DNA of 64,000 nucleotides from Octopus sinensis. Lineage: Eukaryota. Each line of letters begins with the position of its first letter. Position 1 is the stretch's first letter. The stretch is taken from the NCBI RefSeq assembly GCF_006345805.1, contig NC_043009.1, positions 17,794,001-17,858,000 of the forward strand. The letters run 5' to 3'. Below the pieces are notes generated by a model. It was not told the origin of the DNA. It did no database searches and saw only the letters and a program-made list of their open reading frames with translations. Positions 13,790 to 26,782 of the stretch are shown here, piece after piece. The translations under genes and the position numbers were made by a program.

Positions 13790-14370
13790 CACTTTGCAAT
13801 AAATTACAGATTAGATGCAGTTAAATGGAAGACCATGTTGTTGAATGCAGATTTCAGGGTACCAAAGACTCCAGGGTACACAAGATGGGAAGTAAATGCC
13901 AAAGCTGTGTTTGCCATGTTATGAATTAGACATCAATCATAGACACACTGACTCATCTCCTTATTGATGGAAATGGAAATACGAATACAAGCTGACACTC
14001 TTTAAAAAGATAAAAATGGAGGGATTGGAAGTTTTTGCAGGCTCTGATTATAAACTGATGAGCTAGAAGACTTCCAACTGGTTATACTTATGTGTATATG
14101 TCTGGTTATACATCACCCATTCTCTTTCTAAGATATTTTTGTGAAAATATTGAGCATAAAGCTTAATCCAAACTGGCTGATAGGAAATACAAATATGCAG
14201 AACAAGAGAAAAACAAACAAGTTAACTGATGTGTATGAGATTGATGGAGAACTTTCTTCTAGAGAAACACTTGAAGCAAAATCCTTCTTTCTTAAAATAG
14301 ATGCCATGGAAGTAAACTTGAGCAAAAGTGCAACACTAAAAATGGCAGAAGAAAATAATCCCTAATGTAT
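13790..14370 (+). pseudogene. Decayed hAT-superfamily transposase fragment (ZMYM1-like/Tip100 type)
   Basis: VPKTPGYTRWEVNAKAVFA (hAT TRW block) at ~13858-13915 and KRKTNK...ELSSRETLEAKSFFLKIDAMEVNL in ORF 14141-14365. Confidence 0.5.
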
Positions 14371-14375
14371 TTTAA

Positions 14376-14595
14376 CCCTTTAGCACTGTAACTGGCTATG
14401 TCTGGCCCAAATACTCTACCTGTTTAATGTCCAAACCAGCCAGATCAGGCCTTTCACACCTACTCTAAAATGTCATTCTGAAAATAAACAATCACATCAT
14501 CAGAATCTCCAAGCTGCCAGATGATGCAGGATTGATTCAAAGCAATGTGAATAAATAAGCATTAGATTTGACAGAGTAGTCTGAATGCTAAAAGG
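14376..14595. mobile_element. piggyBac-type MITE
   Basis: TTAA|ccctttagca...tgctaaaagg|TTAA: short TIRs and TTAA target duplication. Confidence 0.75.
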
Positions 14596-16346
14596 TTAAA
14601 GGAATTTTGAATTTCAGTATGTGTAAATCAAAAAATCAACAATTGTCAGATATGTCCAGGAAGCTGTTCTGAGTGTCGTCTGCTTTAATAGAACTGGAAA
14701 TAATCATATCCTCAGATACTCTAGTTCTAAAACAACATATACATCAGAGACCTTTTCAGACATGAGTCATTAAGATTTGAGACATTCTTAAGTAGCAATA
14801 AACAGGTGTGTGGTACATAGCATCTAATGAGAAAAAGTTTATACTTTTATGGAACTTCATTATATGCATTTCAAATTTAGCTGCTTTTGGTGTTAGGAAA
14901 GTGTTGAGGAAATTTATGATTATGAAACGGATAATGAATATGCAACTATGTGTATGTTGGATGCCCAATGCATTTCAACTCGGGCTGTTGGTACTGGAGT
15001 TATGGAGTCAGAATTACAGTCAGTAAAAATGTACTAACTTTGATGCTGAATAAAAGTAAATCAAATGTCATGAGTTGAAATTTTCAATTTCACAGAAATT
15101 AATTTAATTGTTTTCTTCACAGAAAATAATCAGATTTAAGGGATTCAATGAAGGCTGATCTGATAGAAGCAGTTCTTTCTCGTAGAAGAAAATAAATTTT
15201 TGATTTGGACTTTTGTTTTAAACTCCTCTTCTTCAAATACAAAAATGTTTGTAAGGATAGATGCCTTGATCTTTTACATTAGAGCATTTGTTTAACTTAA
15301 TGTTATCTTTTATTCACTTAAATTTCATATTTAAACAAAGAATTAACCTAAAAAATAAAGGCTATGTATCTGATTCCAATTATTTATTTTAAAATAGTCC
15401 TTTGTTGAAGTTATTCTAGATGTTAAGTCTTTTAGATTTCATCTTGAAGTCCTTTTGATTTTGTATTGGTAAACAACAATACCCATGATTTTCTTTATAA
15501 AATTTCAATAATTTATTTCTTTTTTGTTCTTTTACTTTTGATAAAACTAATCTCTTTCTAATTTTTATATCCTTTGTCTTGTATTTAATTGCTTGTAATT
15601 TCTTTATCAAATAAAAAGCCTTTAAACCCAAATTTTAACACTTTATCAGCCTCTTTAGAACTAGAGACAGTTACTCATTAAACCACAAATATACAGTAGT
15701 AGCAGGTATCACTGGTGGTTGGTGTGATACTGATCCAAACATGGTATAACAAAGGAAGAGTATGTTCAATTAGTATATTACAGGGAAATAATAAGTGTCT
15801 TAGAAAAGCCGACTGTTCTACTAGAGAAAGTATTTAAGTTGGTGAGTGTAAATACAAGCCAGGTGTTATATAATAGATAGATAGACATGAACTTAACCAA
15901 TACAGTCTTAATTTATGTTAGTAAGATATTCAATATAATTTATGTACAGGATTTAGACTTACTGTGTTTATTCTGGCTTTAGAATAAGTACAACTTACTT
16001 TCACGTGTTGTTAGAAACAGCTAAAAGAATTGGCAACTGGAAGAGCATCTGGCCATAAAACATTACCCCAGAAAAACTATCCAACACTTGTCACCACTGA
16101 AGAGAGAATGTAAAAACCTAGATGGGTGGGTGGGGGGATGATGATGATGTCACATTATATTAAGACATCTGTGTCAAATGCAACAAATTTCAACTGGTCT
16201 TGTCTTAGACATAATACCACAAAGGGACTAATAAACAGCTAACAAACAACATAGGAAATTTAGTGCTTTGTCATTAGCCTGTGCCATAAATATGGAATAG
16301 TGTTATATACACACATACACAAAACAAAAACACCACATATAGACGC

Positions 16347-16384
<38 letters not shown>

Positions 16385-16419
16385 CACACACACACATTAT
16401 TTATATATATATAGATATG

Positions 16420-16456
<37 letters not shown>

Positions 16457-16666
16457 TATGTATATATATATATATATATACACACACACATATATATACA
16501 TATATACACATATATATATACACTTATATATGTATACACACCACACATACACACATAACTATGTATGTATATGTCTAATCTAATTTATCTACATCTAGGT
16601 ATGTGTATATAAGTTGACACAAAGGAGTGCAAACATAGAAAAGTTAAAGAGAGAGAGAGAGAGAGA

Positions 16667-16723
<57 letters not shown>

Positions 16724-16974
16724 AGAAAGCACAGAATAGGGGAATAGATGATTAGTTATACAGATTTACACACAGACTTGCATATATAGATCACTATAAA
16801 AAAATGATTTGAATAAACAATTCAGATTTACAATTTCAGAATGTTTCACTTAAAAGAGTCTTGTGGTGGCAGTAAATTATTTCATAAAATTGTATTGCTT
16901 TCACCTTATATTACCCTCTGTTTCTCTCATTCATTCACCTCCAGCTTCCTCTTTTCTTTAGTAATCTATTCTTG

Positions 16975-17058
<84 letters not shown>

Positions 17059-17619
17059 TTATGTTTATGTAATTATATTTTCAAATAAAATGGGCGCACA
17101 CACACATATATATACAGACACATCTATATATACAAATAAAATTACTGATATACATAAACATAACTAAGTGTGTGTGTGTGTGTGTGTATGTGTGTGTAAT
17201 TTGTGAGTGTGTCTTTGTATAGCAGTTGTATTGTAGTCTAGCCATTGTAAATGTTAAAAATCACGCAACCAATGTTGTCTTCTCTTTTGCTTAATGATTA
17301 TTTTGCAATAATGATTTATATGATTAAGTATCAGAGACTTTTGTCATGTATCTATGACCTGGTCACTAATACTCTGCTTCTTTGTATTAGAATATCAAGG
17401 ACCAGCACAGGATGAAAGCAGGGGATGCATAATAATATGTATTATTTCATGATGATGATGATGATGATGAAAATAATTCTTTCCACAATAGGCACAATAC
17501 TTGAAATTTGGGGTAAGTGGGACTAGTGGATTAATTGACCGCAGAGCTCAACTGATAGTTACTTTATTGACCCTAAAAGGATGAAAGGTAAAGTCAACCT
17601 TAGTATAATAATAATGATG

Positions 17620-17664
<45 letters not shown>

Positions 17665-17666
17665 TG

Positions 17667-17697
<31 letters not shown>

Positions 17698-17699
17698 TA

Positions 17700-18630
17700 A
17701 GGGAAACCTGGGATGGTATATCAAATGGCAGATTGAACCTTTATTTGTTACTGTTAGAAATAGCAACAGGATAAATGGTGAAAATGTGACATTTAAGAAA
17801 CAAGATAGCAAACAAAGATCAAACAACTGGAAAAGGAAAAAGATGCATGGACAATATCTGAAGGAAATCGAAGGGAAGATAAAACCGACACCTGAAGGTG
17901 GCTGAGGAAAAGTGATCTGAAAGGATGCAGTGAGGCATTGATATGCAATGGCCATGAACAAGTTCCAAATAGATAAAAGCAGTGAATCATTCCTTTGTAG
18001 GAAGTGTGGCAGCCAAAATGAAACAAAATCACAGTGTAGCAAAAGGAGGCATGATAATGTGGCTAAGTTTGTTTACTGGAGATTGTGTGAGAAGTATGGT
18101 CTTGAAATAACATGGAAATTGTACAACCATAAACCAGAAGGAATCACTGAGAATGATGAGTTTAAGAACTTATGGGATTTTACAATCCAGTGTAGCTCCC
18201 TGGTTGATGCTCAGAGACCAGACATTGTTGTAGTGAATAAAAGGAAGAAGGAAATGAAGATCTTAGATATTGCCACATCTGGGGATACATGAGCGAGTGA
18301 CAAATTTTGAAAAGTACAAGCTACTAAAAGATGAAATTGCATGAATTTGAGCAGGGAAGAGAGCAACTATCATCCCAGTAGTTGTAAGGGCAGTTGGAAC
18401 ACTAACAACCAAGTTTGAGAAATATGTTGAAGAAATTTAAATTGACATGAGAGTAGAGTAGTATACCCAGAAAACTGCTAAATTGGGGACAGCAGGGACT
18501 TTGACATTGGTACTTAGATGTTAAGTATTGTGGAAAAAGTCTCTGTGAGACCTTTGACAAAAGGTTGCTGTTTGCTCTTGCAGAATTAACCAGAGTAAAT
18601 AAAGTTTAGAGTGCTGAGAAGTAAAATGGA
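17700..18630 (+). mobile_element. 5'-truncated R4/Dong-clade non-LTR retrotransposon (zinc knuckle and restriction-like endonuclease)
   Basis: KMHGQYL, CRKCGSQNET, RRHDNVA, LWDFTIQC, RPDIVVV, ILDIATSGD; (TAA)n runs on both sides. Confidence 0.8.
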
Positions 18631-19711
18631 AATAATAATAATAATAATAATAACAACAACAACAACAACAACAACATATGAACAGCAATGACAAAAGACT
18701 GATACCTCTGGAGATATGCTGTGATTGAGAAGACCCGTCAAGTAAAGTGAGATGACAGCTGTACCAGTGTCGCATAACCAGCCCATTTAAAAAGTACCAA
18801 AAGCAATAATAATAATAATAATAATAACAATACTAAACTGAAGATATAAAAGGAAATGAAAAGAAAGAATTAAACTGGAGGAAAAGAATAGAAATGAAGC
18901 TGGAAAAGACACAGAAAGAGCTGAGGCAACTGAATTGGATGTGTGTTTGAGTATATGTACATAGTTTGTTTTAATGTCTACTTTCACATACTGGCATGGA
19001 TCTGACAGAATTCATTGAGATCTTTCCCTGGCCTGATGACATTCTTATTGATACCCTTCACCAGTTACCATTGAAGATAATATTTCCAAGATAATATTTC
19101 CGAATGAGCCACACAATGGGACCAAACCTGAAGCCATGTGGTTAGGAAGTAAACTTTATGACCACATGGCCATGTGAACACACACACATTCATGGGCACG
19201 AACCTGAACAATGTTCATATAAAAATCAGAAGCTGTCCAGGCAGCAAATCTTCTCCCTTTCCAACCCCTAAATATTACTGAAGGAAAAAGCAAGGACCAG
19301 TGTTGACACAAAAGTTGCAAAGAATCAAAGCTGAGAACAATTTTGGATTGGTTTAGGAATTCTGATATTAAATTTAGCTTTAGAATTTACTTAAGAAGCC
19401 TTTCCTAGGAGTGTATATGGTTACAAGCAGCAGAAGTTTGAAATCAGAATTTGACTTTGGATGAACCACCTCCCTAGGCTGATGAGTTCCATCGACTTGA
19501 AGCTTTAATTTAATATTCTCAGCACCTGGCTGTTCCTCTTATTGGTAAAAACAGATCCATAGAAATTAGTGATTAAGCCATATGAGAAAGACAGGAGTTG
19601 CAACTGGTTGTTGAAGCTTTCTGAAAGATGTGTCGCAAGGAGCACTTTTATAGTAGCAGGCACCAGCTCCTACCACCACCAGTTGATTTCGTTACTTTAA
19701 TGCATGCATAT

Positions 19712-19777
<66 letters not shown>

Positions 19778-19794
19778 ACACATACACACACACA

Positions 19795-19828
<34 letters not shown>

Positions 19829-21214
19829 AGTCGACACCACTGACAGGTTTATAAATAACTTAAAACAAATAACACCTCTGATTAAAAAGTATTTTAGTCT
19901 CCACCACCTTTATAAAAGCTATTAATGTATATTTCAGACAAAACGCTAATATTGAATGTGTGTGCAAGTGAAATGGTATCTCTACTATATGTCTACTCAT
20001 GCAACATAATATATGATATTATGAAAATATTAGAGAAACAGTAATAATACTATAGATAAACTATAAGGGAAACAATAATATAACTCTAGATAATTCAGTT
20101 GATGTATCAGTAATTTAGCCACAATGTTTTCACTCAAATACCAGATTCCATAACAGAAAATAAACAATTCAAATATGAATGAAATTTTACACAATCATCA
20201 CTTGAGATTACGTTGATGTTCAAGCAGGTCTTTGGTCAAAGAGCCAATAGTTTTTTATTCAGACGCAGAACATCTAGAATTACACTATTCAATGTTGCCT
20301 TTCCAAAAAGACTGTAATCTTATTGGACGATTTAGTTGTTATTTCTAGCAAATAAAACAACTACATAGAAACCTCATAGTTGATTTAATTTAAGTATTTT
20401 ATAATACCTGGCATCACATTGCACTCAGAGACAAAGTTCTGGCATTTTACATACATATGTATGTACATACATACATACATACATACATACATACATACAT
20501 ACATACTTATTGGGGCCCTGGGATATGTAACACACTGCCTAAATACCAATCTTGAGAAATTAGGCTTCTCAAAACCAGAAAGGAGAAAGCTAATTTAAAG
20601 ACTACAGATCCAATCCATCACTGGAACTGTAAAAATCTGTAAAACTTATCAGAAGTTTATCATTTAAGTATACATGAGCATGTCTAGATATGCAAGTATA
20701 TGCCTGAGAATATATACATAAAACAAACAAATCTGCACATACATACATACAAACAAAAATACCCTGTTGTTGGTGTTGAAATTCCAATGAAGGAGCCTTG
20801 GATCTAAGTTAGAAATCGGTTCTTTCTTCATTGGCAAGAATAATGACATACATACATACATACATACATATTTAAGCATAGAATTTGGCCAAAAGAAATG
20901 TTCATATTTGGTTATAGAACGAGGAAAGTCAGTCCCCCAAACCCAAAACCTCAACGGTCTCTCTATCTCTCCCATTCCAATACAAAGAATGTTACAGGTA
21001 CCTGGGCATAGACGAATATGTATCAGATGAAGGTACTGTGAATAAAGATTGAGTGACCTGAGAATATTATACCAGACTTAGGAAAATATGGCAGTCAGAA
21101 CTCTCCTCTTACAACAAAATAATATTTCACAATGCATTTGCAGTACCAGTGCTGATCCCAAGGGATACTTCATTGGTCTGTAAAGGAAATCCACTCCATA
21201 GATATCAAAACCCA

Positions 21215-21612
21215 CAAAATACAAGCAGGAGAATCCAGTCATGGCTGTCAGACAATTCCTGCAACCACATCATTCTTAACATCTAGCCACCTAACTCCCC
21301 AGACTGCAACCCCCTTGATTATTATGTGTGGAGCACAGTTGAGCGAGAGGCCAACAAAACTCCTTGTAACACCAAAGATGAACTGAAGGCAAGAATTATG
21401 GCAGTATTCACCAACTTAAACAGAGTCCAGAAGAATTAAGGAGATTCCAAAGTCATCAGGAGGCCATGGTTAGAGTCAATGGTGATTTTAATGAATAAAT
21501 TTACTCTTTAGTATTTCAAGATATTTTGATGTAATTTTGGTAAATATATCTGTTAAAATGAGATGTCAGTGTTATTTTCATTTTTGCATGATTTAGACAA
21601 CAATTTATTCAC

Positions 21613-21615
<3 letters not shown>
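21215..21615 (+). pseudogene. Decayed Tc1/mariner (maT/DD37D-like) transposase C-terminus with 3' end
   Basis: QSWLSDNS...I*PPNSPDCNPLDYYVWSTVERE...NTKDELKARIM...NGDFNE*; ends ...ttattcactg|TA. Confidence 0.75.
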
Positions 21616-21658
<43 letters not shown>

Positions 21659-21687
21659 CGTGCGTGCGTGTGTGTATACACAACAGT

Positions 21688-21846
21688 CTTGTTTCAGTTT
21701 CCGTCTACCAAATCCACTCACAAGGCTTTGGTCAGCCCGAGGTTATAGCAGAAGACACTTGCCCAAGATGCCTGGAGGTGACACTGAACCCAAAAACCAT
21801 GTGGTTTGGAAGCAAACTTCTTACCACACAGCTATGGCAGCACCTG
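21688..21846 (-). mobile_element. SINE family 1, 5' half
   Basis: tttcagtttccgtctaccaaatccactcacaaggctttgg...aaacttcttaccacacagc. Confidence 0.75.
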
Positions 21847-21864
21847 TATAGATATATATATATA

Positions 21865-22242
21865 TGGATGGAAGCACTCCGTCGGTTACGACGATGAGGG
21901 TTCTGGTTGATCCGAATGAACGGAACAGCCTGCTCGTGAAATTAACGTGTAAGTGGCTGAGCACTCTACAGACACGTGTACCCTTAACGTAGTTCTCGGG
22001 GATATTCAGCATGACACAGAGAGTGACAAGGCCGGCCCTTTGAAATACAGGTACAACAGAAACAGGAAGTAAGAGTGAGAGAAAGTTGTGGTGAAAGAGT
22101 ACAGCAGGGATCACCACCATCCCCTGCCGGAGCCTCATGGAGCTTTAGGTGTTTTCGCTCAATAAACACTCACAACGCCCGATCTGGGAATTGAAACCGC
22201 GATCCTATGACCATGAGTCCGCTGTCCTAACTACTGGGGCCA
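21865..22242 (-). mobile_element. tRNA-derived SINE (family 4), CpG-rich young copy
   Basis: Minus-strand tRNA-like head ggccccagtagttaggacagcggactcatggtcataggatcgcggtttcaattccc followed by a unique body. Confidence 0.65.
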
Positions 22243-22537
22243 TATATATAAATAGTTAAGCAAATAAACTAGTTTGATTTAAATTTGCACAAAACTGCTT
22301 CATACAAGCAGGCTGAGTAACCATTAGACAAAATTTACAGTTTAGTTGTCTAATACAAAAAATTGGCTACATGAAAAATTAAATTCATACACCCTCTAGC
22401 TATTTATACAAATTTTTTAGCATTTATCTTAACAGAAAATAGCTAGCAAAATTACTACATAACCTTCCACAAATGTAGAGGTCAAAATTCACATAAATAT
22501 TACAATAACATAACACTTAACAGATTTTTGTACTCAC

Positions 22538-22614
22538 CCAGATGTGACACAGAAATTATTTAAATCTGACAAGCAAATGTTCTGGCGAATTCCTGGAGCA
22601 TAACATAAAGCCAT
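22538..22614 (-). other. Candidate host coding exon (MALCYAPGIRQNICLSDLNNFCVTSG)
   Basis: ATG-started frame ending at a strong donor GG|GTGAGT in unique non-repeat sequence; possible acceptor ttttaacag at ~22862; no partner exon identified. Confidence 0.25.
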
Positions 22615-23060
22615 AAATGCCTAAGACAAAGCACAAAGTGCATAAACTAAGCAGGCGATCACAGCTTCCAGAATCCATTTGAACAGAAAAAAACTTTAAC
22701 TGTCACAAAAACTGAGTGTACAATTATCTGCTTATAAAGGTTTGCTAAGGTCTAGCCAATTTGTTAGAGTTTCACAGCTTGGCTATTTACCTAACTTCCC
22801 CCATTTTGACAATGGACTTCATCATGACCTTACAGTGCAGTATGCAAAACTGTCTGTTTACCTGTTAAAATTTATAATGCAGTGCAGGTATTATTTCGTA
22901 ATATACTCATAGAACTGTCATAATTTTAAAGAAAACCTTATTTCCTAACAATATATATATAGTCGATTCAAAAAATAGAGAAAAAAAAGAAAAAACAAAC
23001 AAATGTGGGGACGTAGCACAAGCAATGTGTTAATATGATACTCAGGGAAAGAAGAGAGTT

Positions 23061-23095
23061 GTTTTACGTTTCAAGCATAGCTCTTTGTTGGAAAC
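23061..23095 (-). ncRNA. Decayed minimal type I hammerhead at the 3' end of the Penelope-like element
   Basis: gttt-CCAACAA-agagc tat gctt-GAAA-cg-TA-aaac; stems I, II and minimal III present, core degraded. Confidence 0.4.
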
Positions 23096-23579
23096 AGGAA
23101 AAGCAGGCAAGTCCAAAGAGAAAGAATGAAGAATGAAGAAAACTAGCCAACAGTCCATGTGTGGTTACGTTTCTGAAGTAACTGGAGTAGGAGGAAGAGG
23201 AAGTGCTTTCTGGGACAAGAGAGTGTGAAGAAGATGGTCAGTGTGTGTTTGTGTGTGTGTGTGTGGTAGCATGTGTGTGCATATGGTGGTAACTGTGTGA
23301 GTGTGTGTGGTATTAACTGTGTTTTTGTGTGAGTGTGTGAGTGGGTGCATTGCCAAGGGTGTGGGTATTATGTGTGTGGGTGTGCATGTGTGTGCACGTG
23401 GGTGTGTGTGTACATGTGTGCATGCATGAGTGTGTGTGTGATGTGTGGCATAAGAATATAAAAAATAAAGACTAATACAAATAAATAATAAAAAATAAAT
23501 GAAAAAGATTATGTGAATAAATCAGTAATAGAAAAAAAATGTTTAAATCAGTAACAGAAATAAATAAAAAATAAATGTA

Positions 23580-25040
23580 AAGTTTATTGCAAAGATTGCA
23601 CCTGATGCAGTAAATGAGGCTTGAAGAAGTGCTGGAGGAGGACTGCATAATGGTTGGATCCAGGTGTCACTGGTGATGAAAGGACAGGTGTGGCGAGAAG
23701 GTCTGGAGCAAGGGAAGGATCCAGATTGGGTTGAAATGGAGGCAGGAGGGGACTATGGGCCAGTAGATTGCATAGGCTATGGGCACATTTGAAGGAGGGC
23801 AAGTGTGGGTTGGAGAACATAGGGAGGGTGGTGGGATATAGCTGAAGGTGTAGGGTGGAGGGGTGGAAAAGGAGGGAAAGGAGATGCAGTTGGGGTCAGT
23901 GTGAGTAAGGAGAGAAGGCAGTAGTGTGATTGATTTAACAAACAGGGGTAACAGTGGATGGGTATCCATGATGCAGGAACAAGAGGGCCAGGTATTGGGA
24001 CTGGGTCTTGAAATCCTGGCCTCAGCTGCATGGGCATCAGTGGCAGAGGAACTGGGAGGAAGAAAAGTTGAGGTAGAAGTGGGAGTCTGCAGGTTTAAAG
24101 AAGGCAGAGGTATGAGAGAGTGGGTGAAGGGATCAATGGAGAGAGAGATATTGAGGAAGTTTATGAAAGTATCGGAGATGGTAGAGATGAATTCAAGAGA
24201 AGGGTGGAAGTTAGAAACGAAAGAGATGAAATTGGAGAGCTGTTCATGGGAGAGAGAGGTAGTGCTAATACAGTCGTCTATATAGTGGCTGTATCGTTCT
24301 GGGGTCAGTCCGGAAAACTGAGAAGATTTTGGCCTCAACATAACCAACAAATAAGTTGGCAAAATTGGGGCCCATTCTTGTTCCCATAGTGACACCAGAG
24401 GTTTGCTGGTAAATCTGTCCTGTAGACTTAAAGCAGTTGAGGATGAGGACGAGTTCTACTAGGTGGAGAAGGGTAGAGGTGCTAGGTGGGGGTCGGGGTG
24501 ATGGTCGAGGAAGTATTGGAGGGTTAAGAGGCTGTCGTTGTGGGAGATCACAGTGTACAGGGATTTTATGTTCATGGTGAAAAAGAGGCATGAAGGGCCA
24601 GGAGTGAAGAAAGAATTGAAGAGGTGAAGGGTGTAATTGATGTCATGTATATGAGATGGGAAGGCAGCAACTAGAGGGAAAAGGATGAGGTCAAGATATT
24701 TGGAGATGAGTTCTGTGGAACAGAAACAATGTGGCAGCCTGGGTTGTCAGGTTTGTGTATTTTGGGAAGGAAATAGGTGATGGAGGTACAAGGTGTTTGG
24801 ACAATGAAGTTGGCATCAGTTTGGGCAGAAGACGAGACAAGGTCATGGATGGTGGAGGAAACGTTTCTGGTAGGAGGGGTGGGGTTGGAGGAAAGGAAGC
24901 AATAGAATATGGGGTTCCAAAGATGATGGAGTGCTTCCTCCTTGTACAGGCCACACCACCACTGCTCTACCTTTGTCTGCTGGCTTGATGACAATATTGT
25001 ATGGTGATGGAGGTTGTGAAGGGCAACCAACTCAGCCTGG
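23580..25040 (-). mobile_element. Decayed Penelope-like retroelement (RT plus start of GIY-YIG endonuclease)
   Basis: YFLPKIHKPDNPG, YQQTSGVTMGTRMGPNFANLFVGYVE, HYIDDC, NFHPSLEF, and SSLIYCIRCNLCNK at ~23585-23630; frameshifted. Confidence 0.85.
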
Positions 25041-25774
25041 GTGATAAGAATGACTTACACGTATATGCACACTCTGCCACACATCACAAAGTATATTGCA
25101 ATAAGTTGTCCACATCTGCATTTCCTGGTGGTGCACTCTACATAGTCACCAAAGACTCACCACGGATATTATACATCTATTGGCCTAGGACATTCAACAA
25201 AGAATATCCCAACTCCATTAAACAAGCTCTGTCCAGGGTTAGAAAGAGATTCCATGTCGGCTGCCTCTGATGAGTGCCAGGTTACATAATCAGATTGTTA
25301 CCTCACACTCTGTTGAATCTCTGGCATAAAGCTGATTGGTAAGATTGACTGTAATGGATATATAATACTGCACACCTTGGATAATATATATATATATATC
25401 TGTGTGTGTGGTGTTTCTTTGTGTCTGTGTTTGTACCCCATCACTGCTTCACAAATGGTGTTTGTGTATTGACATCCTCATAACTTAACTAACTTTGTGT
25501 TTCAGCAAAAGAGACTGATAAAACAAGAACCCCGCTTAAAATATTAAGTCCTGGTGTCAATTTGTGGCATGGATACAGTCTGATGACTGAAACAAATATA
25601 AAAAGATAATATATTCTTCCCCAGAGTATGTACTCAGGAAGAGAAGTAGACACCCATAATTCCTTCACAGGGTCTTTGAGATTAGAAGACCATGTGGACG
25701 GTATCCCCAAACCCAAGGCCTGGACCAAATACTTGTGATAAAGAGGATTCTACTTAGGGCATTAAAACTGCCAG

Positions 25775-25978
25775 ATGGTACATTATTTACATTATGTACA
25801 TTTGACGGATATTTGTCCTCATCTTCTTTGTTGTTAACACAACATTTTGGCTGATATACCCTCCAGCATTCATCAGGTGTCTTGGGGAAATTTTAAACCT
25901 GGGTTTTCATTCCTAAGGTATTTTTCAATGTTGTTGTTGTTGTTGTTGTTGTTGTTATTATTATTATTATTATTATTA

Positions 25979-26034
<56 letters not shown>

Positions 26035-26105
26035 TCACCGCCTGGAATCAAACTTGGAATCTTGGGGTTAGTAGCCCGCACTCTTAGCCACTATGCCATA
26101 TGCCT
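25775..26105 (-). mobile_element. tRNA-headed SINE with internal (AAT)n and a hammerhead-like motif
   Basis: Head tggcatagtggctaagagtgcgggctactaaccccaagattccaagtttgattccagg (A and B boxes), (AAT)n/(AAC)n, then acac-CTGATGA-atgctg..cagcc-AAAA-tg-TT-gtgt at 25837-25880. Confidence 0.6.
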
Positions 26106-26150
26106 GTGTCTATCACCCAAGTCGGCCACTGAAGAATTTGAACTCAGTGT

Positions 26151-26186
<36 letters not shown>

Positions 26187-26621
26187 ATGTGTGTGTGAGA
26201 GAGAGAAAGCTTGTGCATATGTTTGTATGCTTGTTAATATACATGTATACATATATTTATTTTCATATATTTACATTATATGGAAATATGGAAGTGACTA
26301 ATACAATGACATTTGTATTATGAAGCCATGCTGGCAGACAAAGATGGAACAGTATTTGCGACACTAGCTCTGGTTCCACATCAGTAACTGCTTTCCATAA
26401 TTTTAATATACTATCAGGTTAGTTTCCAGACAAACACTTCAGGTGTAACATTTGTAAAAAGCTAATTGTGAATTGTTTATGTAGCTGAAGAGAGCCTGAA
26501 GATCAAAACACTGGACTCTCCAGTAATTTACCAGTTTTCTTAAAGTGGTAAAAGTTTTGTTTCTTAATGACAACATGTAATAAGAAATAGAACAATACTA
26601 TAGAGATAACTTATACATATG

Positions 26622-26674
<53 letters not shown>

Positions 26675-26782
26675 ATAATATATATATATATATATATATA
26701 TTATATTATATATATGTAGGTCCGGGTTGATCCGGGGTTAACCACAGTAAGTAAGTACTCAATACATAGCAGAGTAAAATAA

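Noticed and set aside
26031-26105. tRNA gene
   Set aside because: A and B boxes are present but there is no complete cloverleaf or terminator; it is a SINE head.
26480-26532. CTGAAGA with downstream actgg/ccagt hairpin
   Set aside because: The GAAA box and UH site do not line up.
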